DNA from: Chryseolinea sp. T2
Lineage (GTDB): Bacteria > Bacteroidota > Bacteroidia > Cytophagales > Cyclobacteriaceae
Assembly: GCF_037203685.1 (NCBI RefSeq)
Contig: NZ_JBBCAU010000001.1
Location: forward strand, 415,005-439,004
DNA length: 24,000 nucleotides
Direction of reading: 5' to 3'
The notes beneath the pieces are model-generated. The model saw only the letters and a program-made list of their open reading frames with translations, did no database searches and was not told the DNA's origin. A program made the translations under genes and the position numbers. Positions 14,650-23,719 of the stretch are shown here, piece after piece. Each line of letters begins with the position of its first letter. Positions within the stretch are counted from its first letter, which is position 1.

Positions 14650-17600
14650 CCTGCCATTTGCTGCAAGAACGCAATTGCCGAATCAACCGTCTTGATGTTT
14701 TCGATAAGCAGCATCGCCTTGCCTGCCGAATCCTTGATCTTGCACTGCTTCGGATGTTTCTGAACAAACGACAAGATCTGACCAAAAACGTCTGACTTGA
14801 AATAGTTATCGTTACTGCTGATGAAGTAGGCCCGCATCTTTTCACTCTTGATGCTGAGTCTTTCGAAGCCCAGCCTTTCACCCAACCAGCGCAATCGTAC
14901 TGTGTTCACCAGCTCTTCCGTTGCAGGAGGTAGCGGACCGAATCGATCCTTCACCTCGTTTGCAAATAACTGAAGTTCGTCTTCGTTCTTAATGTTGTCC
15001 AACCGCGAATACAGCTGCAAACGTTCACTGATGTTATTTACATAACGATCCGGAATCAGGATCTCCAAATCCGTTTCTATGACGCAATCCTGAACGATGA
15101 GTTTTGCCTTTTCAGCAAGCTCGGAAGAAAACAATTCTTTGAAGTCTGTTTCCTTCAGCTCCTGGATGGCATCGTCGAGAATTTTATGATAAGTATCGAA
15201 TCCTAAATCCGTAATGAAGCCGCTTTGTTCGCCGCCAAGAAGGTTTCCAGCGCCCCGGATATCGAGGTCGCGCATTGCCACTTTGAAGCCGTCGCCTAGC
15301 TCGGAGAATTCTTCGAGCGCTGCAAGCCTCTTACGTGAATCAGCAGTAAGCACGGAAACCGGTGGAGTTAACAGAAAACAAAATGCCTTTTTGTTTGAAC
15401 GCCCCACCCGTCCACGCATCTGATGAAGGTCAGATAAACCAAACATATGCGCCTGGTTAATGATGATCGTATTGGCGTTCGGAATGTCAAGGCCCGATTC
15501 GATGATGTTTGTGGATACGAGTACGTCGTACTCACCATCAATAAATTTCGCCATGGCCTTTTCAAGCTTGTCGCCTTCCATCTGTCCATGGGCAATGCCG
15601 ATGCGGGAATCAGGAACAAGCCGGTAAATCACATTGGCAATTTCAACGATATCGCTCACGCGATTGTGAACGAAAAATACCTGGCCGCCGCGACGCAATT
15701 CGTGACTTACGGCATCGCGTATAATCTCTTCGTTATACGCATGCAGCTCAGTGGTTACGGGCTGCCGGTTCGGCGGTGGTGTTGATATGATACTAAGGTC
15801 ACGCGCCCCCATCAATGAGAAGTGCAACGTGCGGGGTATGGGTGTAGCTGTTAGCGTAAGCACATCAACATTTACACGCATTTCCTTCAGACGATCTTTC
15901 ACCTTGACGCCGAACTTCTGTTCCTCGTCAATGATGAGCAAGCCGAGTTCTTTGAACTTCACATCCTGGCTCACGATACGATGCGTGCCAATGAGAATGT
16001 TGATCTTGCCTTCGCCAACTTCCTTGACGATCTCCTTGATCTCCTTCTCCGTTTTGAACCGCGAAACGTGTTCAATCTTTACGGGAAATTGAGAAAGGCG
16101 TTCGGCAAACGTACGATGATGTTGCATGGCCAGGATGGTTGTAGGTACTAAAACAGCAACCTGTTTTCCCTCTGTGGCCGCCTTAAAAGCAGCACGTATT
16201 GCCACCTCGGTTTTTCCGAATCCTACATCACCGCATACAAGTCTGTCCATCGGGTGAGGCTGCTGCATGTCGCGCTTCACATCTTCGGTTGCCCTGGCCT
16301 GGTCAGCTGTATCCTCATACATGAATGAAGATTCAAGTTCTGCCTGCAGGAATCCATCTGGTTGATACGCATAGCCGGGCGAAGATTTTCTTTTCGCGTA
16401 CAGCGAAATAAGCTCCTTCGCAATATCCTTAACCCGCTTCTTAGCTTTTGATTTCTTATTTTCCCACTCCTGAGTACCAAGCTTACTTATGACAGGCAAT
16501 GCCCCGTCCTTACCCGAGTACTTGGAAATCTTGTGCAGGGAGTGGATGCTGACATACAGCAAATCGTCATCGCGAAAAACGAGTCGGATCGCTTCCTGCT
16601 CATGACCATTTACGTCTTTCTTTTCAAGACCGGCGAACTTGGCAATGCCATAATCGATATGCGTGACGAAGTCACCAGGTTGAAGTGTCTGCAGCTCGCG
16701 AAGAGTAAGTGCCTTTGACTTTGAGTATTTTTCCTTCGAACGATAGCGGTGATAACGTTCGAAAATCTGATGGTCGGTATAGCAAAGAAGCTTCTGTAGT
16801 CCATCAACAAATCCCTGGCGCAGCGTGAATTCGAGGGGTTGAAAATGCAACTGTGCATTTATCTCTTCGAAGATGCCTTTTAATCTTTCAATCTGTCGGG
16901 GGACATCAGCCGTAATGAAATTGCTGTATCCCTGCAGCTCGTGCTCGTAAAGATCCTGCGCCAGCAATTCAAAGTTCTTATTGAACGATGTTTGAGAGGA
17001 TGATTTGAATTCGAACTGTTGTTTTGCCGCTTTGCTAAAGCGCGAGCCAAATAACACGCAGGCGAAGTTGTCCATTTGCCTTTCGAAGGCTTCGCGATCA
17101 TCAAACAAGGCCGACGGGCTCGACACAACGTGAGCCCCCCTGTTCGAAATGATCTTATTGAAAGTCGCTTCAACTTTGTCGAAACTTTTCTGGATCACCT
17201 CGGCAGTCAGTTCGTAATCTTTTATCCAGACGCGCGTGTCCTTTGATATGAACTCAAAGAAGGATTGCCTTTCCTCCTGAACCAGTTTTGTCTGAAGGTT
17301 GGGGAGGATGTTCACCTTGTCAAGGGTATCAACTGACAGCTGTGAACCCGGATCGAATGTCCGGATGCTATCCACATCGTCGCCAAAAAGCTCAATGCGA
17401 TAAGGGAGGTCATAGGCAAATGAAAATATGTCAATGATACCTCCGCGTATGGCAAATTGACCCGCCTCGTAAACGAAGTCAGTTTTATCGAAATCGTATG
17501 AATGAAGAAACTCTTCGAGGAAAGCTACGTCGAGCTTGTCGCCTAAGCTTATGGGGAACGTGTTGGTCGACAGCGATCGTTTGTTGATCACCTTGTCGGC

Positions 17601-17984
17601 AAGAGCCTCCGGATATGTAACGATGATATCTGCGCTGTTCTTGCTGGCCAAGCGGTTCAGCACCTCCGTCCGCATGAGAATGTTGGCATTGTCAACCTCA
17701 TCAAACTCATAGGGACGTTTGTAAGACATTGGGAAAATGAGCACTTCCCTGCCCAGCAGTGTTTGTAAATCGTTCTGAAAATATCCGGCCTCGTCTTTGT
17801 CGTGTAGCACAACGACATAATCCTGAGGATGTAGCCGGAACGCCGCTGCCATTACTATAGCGTCGAGGCTCCCCGCCAGGCCTTTGAGGTGAATCGTTTC
17901 ACGCTTAGACGCTTTGATCCCTGCAGCAACGGTGTGGATGAAACCATCTGCCTTGTAAATGCTAAGAAAATCAAGCGCCCTCAA
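14607..17984 (-). CDS. mfd: Transcription-repair coupling factor Mfd
   Basis: 1125-aa ORF. It has Walker A GDVGFGKTEVA, a DEEQKFGV (DExx) box, a helicase C-domain (QMRGRVGRS), a UvrB-homology N-terminal region and a TRCF C-terminal domain. Confidence 0.98.
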   Translation of the reverse strand: MRALDFLSIYKADGFIHTVAAGIKASKRETIHLKGLAGSLDAIVMAAAFRLHPQDYVVVLHDKDEAGYFQNDLQTLLGREVLIFPMSYKRPYEFDEVDNANILMRTEVLNRLASKNSADIIVTYPEALADKVINKRSLSTNTFPISLGDKLDVAFLEEFLHSYDFDKTDFVYEAGQFAIRGGIIDIFSFAYDLPYRIELFGDDVDSIRTFDPGSQLSVDTLDKVNILPNLQTKLVQEERQSFFEFISKDTRVWIKDYELTAEVIQKSFDKVEATFNKIISNRGAHVVSSPSALFDDREAFERQMDNFACVLFGSRFSKAAKQQFEFKSSSQTSFNKNFELLAQDLYEHELQGYSNFITADVPRQIERLKGIFEEINAQLHFQPLEFTLRQGFVDGLQKLLCYTDHQIFERYHRYRSKEKYSKSKALTLRELQTLQPGDFVTHIDYGIAKFAGLEKKDVNGHEQEAIRLVFRDDDLLYVSIHSLHKISKYSGKDGALPVISKLGTQEWENKKSKAKKRVKDIAKELISLYAKRKSSPGYAYQPDGFLQAELESSFMYEDTADQARATEDVKRDMQQPHPMDRLVCGDVGFGKTEVAIRAAFKAATEGKQVAVLVPTTILAMQHHRTFAERLSQFPVKIEHVSRFKTEKEIKEIVKEVGEGKINILIGTHRIVSQDVKFKELGLLIIDEEQKFGVKVKDRLKEMRVNVDVLTLTATPIPRTLHFSLMGARDLSIISTPPPNRQPVTTELHAYNEEIIRDAVSHELRRGGQVFFVHNRVSDIVEIANVIYRLVPDSRIGIAHGQMEGDKLEKAMAKFIDGEYDVLVSTNIIESGLDIPNANTIIINQAHMFGLSDLHQMRGRVGRSNKKAFCFLLTPPVSVLTADSRKRLAALEEFSELGDGFKVAMRDLDIRGAGNLLGGEQSGFITDLGFDTYHKILDDAIQELKETDFKELFSSELAEKAKLIVQDCVIETDLEILIPDRYVNNISERLQLYSRLDNIKNEDELQLFANEVKDRFGPLPPATEELVNTVRLRWLGERLGFERLSIKSEKMRAYFISSNDNYFKSDVFGQILSFVQKHPKQCKIKDSAGKAMLLIENIKTVDSAIAFLQQMAGQATTKSASEILSR

Positions 17985-18025
17985 TTCGAGTATCTGTTAT
18001 TGATGTGTGCAACACAACAAGGTTG

Positions 18026-18033
18026 CAAAGATA
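18026..18033 (-). promoter_or_regulatory. Candidate -7 box (TATCTTTG = TAnnTTTG) for mfd
   Basis: The minus strand reads ggcatTATCTTTGcaacc, 42-49 bp upstream of the mfd ATG at 17984. It is the same 8-mer as upstream of mnmG. Confidence 0.35.
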
Positions 18034-18154
18034 ATGCCCCTGTCATACGCAAACCAGCCTTAAAAGGTTATTTCTGCGTAACTTCAAACGTCAAATTGCT
18101 TTCTCTGAGTTCACTCGGATCATAATTAAAATCAACTAATACGACGACGTCACG

Positions 18155-18343
18155 ATGAGACTGATGCAAACGATGTGGGTATTTAGCATCATTATGGCGT
18201 GCCTGATGCTCGGTGGATTGTATAAGCCGTGGCTGATGCTCTGGTGGCGTGCTACTCAAACGCGCCTGGATGTGATTAAGTTATATGGAGGCGGCGCGGC
18301 CATCGGTTACTTCGTATATTGGCTGCTGAAAATTTACACATGA
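18155..18343 (+). CDS. Small hypothetical membrane protein (62 aa)
   Basis: There are two hydrophobic segments (MWVFSIIMACLMLGGLY; AAIGYFVYWLLKIY). Its TGA stop overlaps the ATG of the next gene (ATGA at 18340-18343), which suggests translational coupling. Confidence 0.5.
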   Translation: MRLMQTMWVFSIIMACLMLGGLYKPWLMLWWRATQTRLDVIKLYGGGAAIGYFVYWLLKIYT

Positions 18344-18846
18344 ATAAGTTCGTTCTTTCGCTCGTCGTATTGACAATGCTTGTTGTGCAGTCGTGCTCCA
18401 AAAAGGAAACTGGAGCAGAATCAGCATTGGATGCTCCTGGAGGAGCAATCAATGAACAGCCATCTTTCATTATCACCCTGCTCGACAACACCCAGGTAAA
18501 TGTCAAAGACCTGACAGGCAAAAACGCATTGATATTCTTTCAACCTGATTGTGATCACTGCCAGCGCGAAGCTCAGGAGTTTGAGCGGAACCTGGACGCC
18601 TTTGGAGGTACAACATTGTACTTTATAACATCCGGTCCGATGGAAGAAATCAAGGCGTTTGCCGATACGTATAAATTAAGTGGTCGTCCCAATGTTCACT
18701 TTGCATTTACGCCGGCATTAAATGTTCTCAACAATTACGGGCCGATCTCAGCCCCATCGATATATGTTTATTCGGAAGATCATAAACTGGTGAAAGGATT
18801 TAACGGCGAAACGCCAATCGAAAGAATCATCGCGGCGACGAAGTAA
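18340..18846 (+). CDS. TlpA-like thioredoxin-fold thiol-disulfide oxidoreductase lipoprotein
   Basis: I prefer the ATG at 18340, which gives MNKFVLSLVVLTMLVVQSCSKKE, a lipoprotein signal. The ORF-track start at 18319 adds 7 residues. The thioredoxin-fold active site is FFQPDCDHCQ (CxxC). Confidence 0.87.
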   Translation: MNKFVLSLVVLTMLVVQSCSKKETGAESALDAPGGAINEQPSFIITLLDNTQVNVKDLTGKNALIFFQPDCDHCQREAQEFERNLDAFGGTTLYFITSGPMEEIKAFADTYKLSGRPNVHFAFTPALNVLNNYGPISAPSIYVYSEDHKLVKGFNGETPIERIIAATK

Positions 18847-18890
18847 TTTCGGGAAGTTGCTTAACGCAGTCTTAAGCGAAAAGCTGAAGC

Positions 18891-20099
18891 TTATTTTAAC
18901 CTTTCGACCGCTGCCAGCTCCGGACCTTTCGTAGATGTAAACGCTAAAAGGTAGCGATCACCACCGTCACCCAGCTTCAGTTTCTTCTTTAGTGCCTCAG
19001 GTGTTGAGGGATAGTTCCGAGTGATGATATTGGCTTTTCCCTCCGGAAAGTGATCGTGTAACTTTCGGCTGTCGGCCTTCAACGTAGAGACTACACGAAA
19101 GATCCTGCCTGGAAAACTTTCCTTCAAAGTGTCGCCGGTATACAAGTGAGTATTGACATGGAGCTTGTTCAGATTGTATCGCACCGATGGAAGTTTGAAT
19201 GCACCCGCTTTCAACAGTGCTGCATTGGGCTCATATAAATAATCCATCACATCGGAGACTGTAGCTACTGCAAATTGCTCCTCTGAGATGGAAAACTCCA
19301 GCGAGGAAAGTGAGCCATCAGACTCGTTAATGGCGACGACCCTTGCTTCTCCTGAAAAACCACATTCGGCAATAAACAAAAGCTCACGTACCTCGTTATC
19401 CACGGCGACAACGAAGACCTTCTTCACCTGTCGTAGTTCGCCGAGTGCCAGTTGAATATCAAGCATCGGTGATGCCTTTGTCATCAGTATGCGTGAATGC
19501 CGGAGTATTTGGTCCTGCAATTCGGTAATGTCCGGTTGACAATCGTGAAGGCTATAAACCTTTCGGGAACCGCTGCGACGGGATGGATCTATATATACAG
19601 CTGACACGTCAACCATAGTTTTAAGAAACTCTTCGGCAGTATGAGTCGCGTACACAATGTTATCAGAACCCAGTAGCAAATGATTATGCTGGGCGAGTCG
19701 TTGCAACCTTTCATCTGGTTCAACATGAACAACGCTTTTGAAGAACTTGGAGAAGGCAAATGAATCAATTCCAAAGCCCCCGGTAAGATCCACCAAAGTG
19801 TCTGGTGGGAAAATTTCTGATGACAAATATGAGCGGATCAGACTGGCTTTAAACTGTGCCGTTTTTTCTGAAGAAGTCTGTTCGAGATTGAGAACCGGGG
19901 GATACAGTATGTCTTCGTTACTGTAGTATGTCGGCAATTTTGACTTCGCTTTCCGTCTACCAATAATCTGATCTGCAATAGCTGAGATGGGAACGTTGTC
20001 GATTGATTTGTACTTTAACAGAAGTGAAGGGACATCGGCATGCTCGTTCGCCATAACGAATTGTCTTACTTCAGGCGACAACGCAGCTGGATCGATCAT
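18891..20099 (-). CDS. Class I SAM-dependent methyltransferase with C-terminal THUMP-like domain
   Basis: 402-aa ORF. Motif I is LVDLTGGFGIDSFAFS. The N-terminal pattern (…ADQIIGRRKAKSKLPTYY…) and overall length match my memory of the THUMP-like/TGS1-like methyltransferase family in Bacteroidota. Its start overlaps the upstream stop (ATGA at 20096-20099). Confidence 0.85.
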   Translation of the reverse strand: MIDPAALSPEVRQFVMANEHADVPSLLLKYKSIDNVPISAIADQIIGRRKAKSKLPTYYSNEDILYPPVLNLEQTSSEKTAQFKASLIRSYLSSEIFPPDTLVDLTGGFGIDSFAFSKFFKSVVHVEPDERLQRLAQHNHLLLGSDNIVYATHTAEEFLKTMVDVSAVYIDPSRRSGSRKVYSLHDCQPDITELQDQILRHSRILMTKASPMLDIQLALGELRQVKKVFVVAVDNEVRELLFIAECGFSGEARVVAINESDGSLSSLEFSISEEQFAVATVSDVMDYLYEPNAALLKAGAFKLPSVRYNLNKLHVNTHLYTGDTLKESFPGRIFRVVSTLKADSRKLHDHFPEGKANIITRNYPSTPEALKKKLKLGDGGDRYLLAFTSTKGPELAAVERLK

Positions 20100-20752
20100 G
20101 ACTTATCTGTCGCTAATAATCCTCGTTTCGAATAGAACCAGATGTTTCGAACGTAAGCAACCATGCCAAGACCCTGTGATATAATCAACACTGGATCTCT
20201 ACGGTTCAGACCATAAATCACCACGAGGACTGACGCAGAAAGACTAATGATCCAGAAGCCCAGTGGAAGTATAGAAATCTTTCGTCGTTCAGAATAGTAC
20301 CATTGATAAATAAAGCGCAGGTTTAACATCAATTGCCCTATGGCGCCGATGATGAAGATTGGTTTCATCGGTTCAACATTTTGATACAGATCACCAATCA
20401 GATTGTGTACTGAAAAAAGTACAATGCCAAGGAACACCATTGGCAAAATCAACAGGAAGTATCGTATTGGTGCTATGATGGATGTCCACCTTTGTTTTAG
20501 TTGCAGATTCCGAATGTATATGTAGTAGGATAAAATCTGACCCAGGATGATGATTGGATCCTTTCTGAGTACTCCATACACAAGCACAATAAAGGATGCA
20601 ATGAGACTAACCTGCCAGTACAAGACAGGGGATACCGGTCTGCCTTCACGTTCAGAGTAAAACCATTGAACGAGTATTCTCACACCGAACAAACTTTGGC
20701 CCCCGAAGCCGACTAAGTAGATCCAGTTCCATTTTGGTATGAGCAACTCCAT
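20096..20752 (-). CDS. Tandem lipid-A-disaccharide synthase N-terminal (LAB_N) domain membrane protein
   Basis: The ORF-track entry 20096..20932 is over-extended and would overlap the divergent + gene. The ATG at 20752 gives MELLIPKWNWIYLVGFGGQSLF. There are two LAB_N-like repeats: GQSLFGVRILVQWFYSEREGRPVSPVLYW...LRKDPIIILGQ and GQLMLNLRFIYQWYYSERRKISILPLGFW...NRRDPVLIISQ. Confidence 0.83.
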   Translation of the reverse strand: MELLIPKWNWIYLVGFGGQSLFGVRILVQWFYSEREGRPVSPVLYWQVSLIASFIVLVYGVLRKDPIIILGQILSYYIYIRNLQLKQRWTSIIAPIRYFLLILPMVFLGIVLFSVHNLIGDLYQNVEPMKPIFIIGAIGQLMLNLRFIYQWYYSERRKISILPLGFWIISLSASVLVVIYGLNRRDPVLIISQGLGMVAYVRNIWFYSKRGLLATDKS

Positions 20753-20808
20753 TTGAAAATGCTGCAAAATACGGCTATTTGTGAGAAGGTTTCTTTTATT
20801 TTGACACC

Positions 20809-22026
20809 ATGCAATTTGATCTGATTGTGATTGGTGGCGGAGCTGCCGGATTCTTTGGGGCCATTCAGGCTGCTGCAACGCGCCCAGGACTTCGAATTGC
20901 AGTCCTTGAGAAGACGCAGAAACTGTTGACAAAAGTTAAGGTGTCCGGAGGAGGCAGATGCAACGTGACGCATGCCTGTCATAACCCGTTTGAACTTGCA
21001 CGGCATTATCCCCGTGGCGAGAAAATGCTGAAGCAATCTTTTAAAGAGTACCATGCTGACGATGTAGTTCAATGGTTCAAATCGCGAGGCATAGAATTGA
21101 AGACCGAAGGAGATGGAAGAATGTTCCCCGTGACGGATGACTCGCAAACTATCATCGATTGCTTTTTAACCGAGGCAACGCGACTCAACATTGATATTCA
21201 ACGTGGCGCGGCGATCATCAGCGTTGTGAGGGGCACTGTTTTCACGATAGCGTCAGCTGATGGTAGATCATGGCAATCGAAACATCTGCTTATAGCCATA
21301 GGAGGGCACAACAACACTGAGCCCTATAACTGGATACGTGCGCTTGGTCACACCGTTGTACCGCCAATACCTTCGCTGTTTACATTCAACGATAAAGAGC
21401 GGCGGTTTCAAGACCTAATGGGTATTGCAGTGCCGGCGGGGGAAGTAAAAATAGCTTCTACAAAGTTTGCCGAGCGTGGTCCGATACTCATCACTCACTG
21501 GGGCCTTAGCGGACCAGCCGTCATCAAATTGTCGGCATGGGCAGCGACCTATTTGCATGAGCAGCGCTACGTCTTTGACGTTCGTATCAATTGGACAGGT
21601 GAGTCGGATGGTAAATGTCGGGAGACATTTACCGAGGCGAAAATATCCCGGTCAAAGCAAAAGATTCATGGTCATCCTATGTTCAGCATCCCGCAGCGTC
21701 TATGGGTAAGGTTGTGTGAACTTTCGGACATTGAAGTCTCTCGTGTGTGGGGCGAAGTCTCCAACAGGGAGTTGAATAAGCTAACAGAGCATCTCGTCAA
21801 TACGGTAATGCATGTATCTGGTAAGACTACGTTCAAGGAGGAATTTGTCACTTGTGGGGGGGTGGAATTAAATGAAATAGATTCAACCACACTTGAAAGC
21901 AAGAAGGTGCCAGGTTTGTATTTCGCAGGTGAGGTACTTAACATCGATGGCGAGACGGGAGGATTCAATTTTCAGGCAGCATGGACGACCGCTTACCTTG
22001 CCGCGAGAAGTATTGCAGATGCGTGA
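20809..22026 (+). CDS. NAD(P)/FAD-dependent oxidoreductase, HI0933/BaiN-like flavoprotein family
   Basis: 405-aa ORF. It has the dinucleotide fingerprint FDLIVIGGGAAGFFGA, then KVSGGGRCNVTH, and the C-terminal GLYFAGEVLNIDGETGGFNFQAAW typical of the family. Confidence 0.92.
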   Translation: MQFDLIVIGGGAAGFFGAIQAAATRPGLRIAVLEKTQKLLTKVKVSGGGRCNVTHACHNPFELARHYPRGEKMLKQSFKEYHADDVVQWFKSRGIELKTEGDGRMFPVTDDSQTIIDCFLTEATRLNIDIQRGAAIISVVRGTVFTIASADGRSWQSKHLLIAIGGHNNTEPYNWIRALGHTVVPPIPSLFTFNDKERRFQDLMGIAVPAGEVKIASTKFAERGPILITHWGLSGPAVIKLSAWAATYLHEQRYVFDVRINWTGESDGKCRETFTEAKISRSKQKIHGHPMFSIPQRLWVRLCELSDIEVSRVWGEVSNRELNKLTEHLVNTVMHVSGKTTFKEEFVTCGGVELNEIDSTTLESKKVPGLYFAGEVLNIDGETGGFNFQAAWTTAYLAARSIADA

Positions 22027-22110
22027 TTCATTACCTGGCGAGCGCAGTCCGATTATTTCCCTGGCTCGGAATTTTCTTAGCTATGATGCGTGCGGGATGT
22101 ACTGCAGTAT

Positions 22111-23037
22111 TTATGTCGTTGGTGATAATGTAGTCCCTTTGGCATCGACCATGATTTTCGTAGGCTGACCCACCACCCAGGCCTGGTTATAATTCTCGTG
22201 ACCAAAAGGAAGTCCCCATCCAACGGGGTAGCTGGTGTTCAGAATTTTATCCCTTATCATGCTCTCGAACCCTTCCTTATAATTAGATGTATCGCGAAGG
22301 TCACTCATATGTCCGATTGCAAGTCCTGCCAGATTATCAAACTTCCCGGTTCGTTTCAAATGAGTTAGCATTCGGTCAAGCCGATAAAGATCTTCGTCGA
22401 TCTCTTCAAGAAGCAGAATGCTACCACGTGTGTTGATCTCTGAAGAAGTTGCAAGTGAGTCCGCAATGATTGACAGGTTTCCACCGATAAGAATGCCTTC
22501 GCCGCTTCCGGGTCTGTTCGCTGGGTGAGGCGGTGAGGTCATTTCCATCGCTCCTTCGAACAGGGTTTTCCTGAGATTTTCCACAGAAGGCTTCCAGTTA
22601 TCTTTTCCAAACTGAACGGGCATGGTCCCATGAATACAACGCACTCCGAAATTGTAGGCAGCCAGTAATACGGCTGTGATGTCGCTGAAGCCAACCAGCC
22701 ACTTTGGTGAATCCCGAAGATTTGTAAAGTCGATCTGGTCGATGATGCGAGTGCTTCCATATCCGCCACGCACGCAAAAGATTGCGCGTATTTCTTCATC
22801 GTTGATAGCTTCCTGAATATCGGCAAGTCTCCTTTCGTCTGTGGCAGAGAGATAGCTGTGATCTTCCGTGTGAACATACTGGCCTGTGGAAACAGTCAAC
22901 CCCCATGATCTTATAACCCCGACAGCGGCATCCAATTCTGCCGGACTCAGTTTTTTCGCGGGTGCTACTATAGCGACCTTGTCTCCGGGTTTGAGTAGTG
23001 CTGGTGTGATCATCTTTGATTTAAATGGTGAGATCAT
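22111..23037 (-). CDS. LD-carboxypeptidase (peptidase S66 family)
   Basis: 308-aa ORF. GDKVAIVAPA is near the N-terminus. The nucleophile motif is VGFSDITA. It also has conserved GGYGS and a C-terminal FGH. The architecture is typical of LdcA/MccF-type proteins. Confidence 0.9.
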   Translation of the reverse strand: MISPFKSKMITPALLKPGDKVAIVAPAKKLSPAELDAAVGVIRSWGLTVSTGQYVHTEDHSYLSATDERRLADIQEAINDEEIRAIFCVRGGYGSTRIIDQIDFTNLRDSPKWLVGFSDITAVLLAAYNFGVRCIHGTMPVQFGKDNWKPSVENLRKTLFEGAMEMTSPPHPANRPGSGEGILIGGNLSIIADSLATSSEINTRGSILLLEEIDEDLYRLDRMLTHLKRTGKFDNLAGLAIGHMSDLRDTSNYKEGFESMIRDKILNTSYPVGWGLPFGHENYNQAWVVGQPTKIMVDAKGTTLSPTT

Positions 23038-23090
23038 CGAGGTCTTCAGGATTCACTAATGCAGCTGATGCTAATTCTACGTAACGTACT

Positions 23091-23125
23091 AAAAAAGAAA
23101 AACCCCTTCTGCGCCAGAAGGGGTT
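23091..23125 (-). terminator. Rho-independent terminator downstream of ompH
   Basis: The 11-bp stem AACCCCTTCTG (23101-23111) pairs with CAGAAGGGGTT (23115-23125) around the loop CGC. On the minus strand it is followed by UUUCUUUUUU (23100-23091). It lies 24 bp after the ompH stop. Confidence 0.8.
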
Positions 23126-23148
23126 TAGTTTATTAAGCTATGAGCTTA

Positions 23149-23709
23149 TTATTTCTTAGGCTGCGCCGGAGCAGTTGCTGTAGCTGGCTTAGGTGTTACG
23201 CCGAGCTTCTTCAATACGAGGTCGGAAACATCCATTTTTTCGTCACCGTACAGGATTACATCCAAACCACCGATCTGCTGGCTGAAGACAAATGTGAAGC
23301 CATTTTCTTTAGCTACGTCTTCGATGCCCTTGCCTACTTTTTTGTAAACAGGATCCATCAGCTGAGCGCGCTTGGTTTCAATTGTTGTCTGAGCATCAGT
23401 CTGAAGCTTTTCAAGGTTTTGTTGCATTTGCTGCAATTCGCGTTCAGTGTTTTGACGCACAGCTTCAAGCATGGTGTTCAGATTGGCCTGGTAATCCTGA
23501 ACCTTTTTCTGGAACTCCTGATACTTGGTATCTATCTGGTTTTTGAGCTGGGCCTGGGTTGATTTCAATTCGGCATCAATTGCCTTTGACTCTGGCATTT
23601 GGCTAAAGATGTAATCAACGTCTGCATAGCCGATTTTTGGGGCTGCTGTTTGTGCGTAAGTTGTCAAAGCCCCAATTCCCAACGCCAGAAGTAGAACAAA
23701 TTTTCTCAT
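23149..23709 (-). CDS. OmpH/Skp family periplasmic chaperone
   Basis: 186-aa ORF. The signal peptide is MRKFVLLLALGIGALTTYAQ. There is a long Q/K/E-rich helical middle, and the termini are typical of OmpH (IGYADVDYIFSQMPE; ...ENGFTFVF). It is the second of two tandem OmpH genes. Confidence 0.9.
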   Translation of the reverse strand: MRKFVLLLALGIGALTTYAQTAAPKIGYADVDYIFSQMPESKAIDAELKSTQAQLKNQIDTKYQEFQKKVQDYQANLNTMLEAVRQNTERELQQMQQNLEKLQTDAQTTIETKRAQLMDPVYKKVGKGIEDVAKENGFTFVFSQQIGGLDVILYGDEKMDVSDLVLKKLGVTPKPATATAPAQPKK

Positions 23710-23719
23710 TACAGTTGTT

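Noticed and set aside
15214-17173. Multiple 61-113-aa ORFs on both strands inside mfd.
   Set aside because: All are embedded in the continuous 1125-aa Mfd frame, which carries intact helicase motifs. None has an independent signal.
18859-18877. The hairpin GCTTAA-N7-TTAAGC between the convergent TlpA-like gene and the methyltransferase, as a possible terminator.
   Set aside because: The stem is only 6 bp and AT-rich, with no flanking U/T tract on either strand. That is too weak to call.
20713-21147. The 60-codon extension of the LAB_N ORF to 20932, and the 144-aa minus-strand ORF 20713..21147.
   Set aside because: Both overlap the strongly supported divergent flavoprotein gene, whose GxGxxG motif sits right at its start at 20809. 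The LAB_N domain begins immediately after the ATG at 20752.
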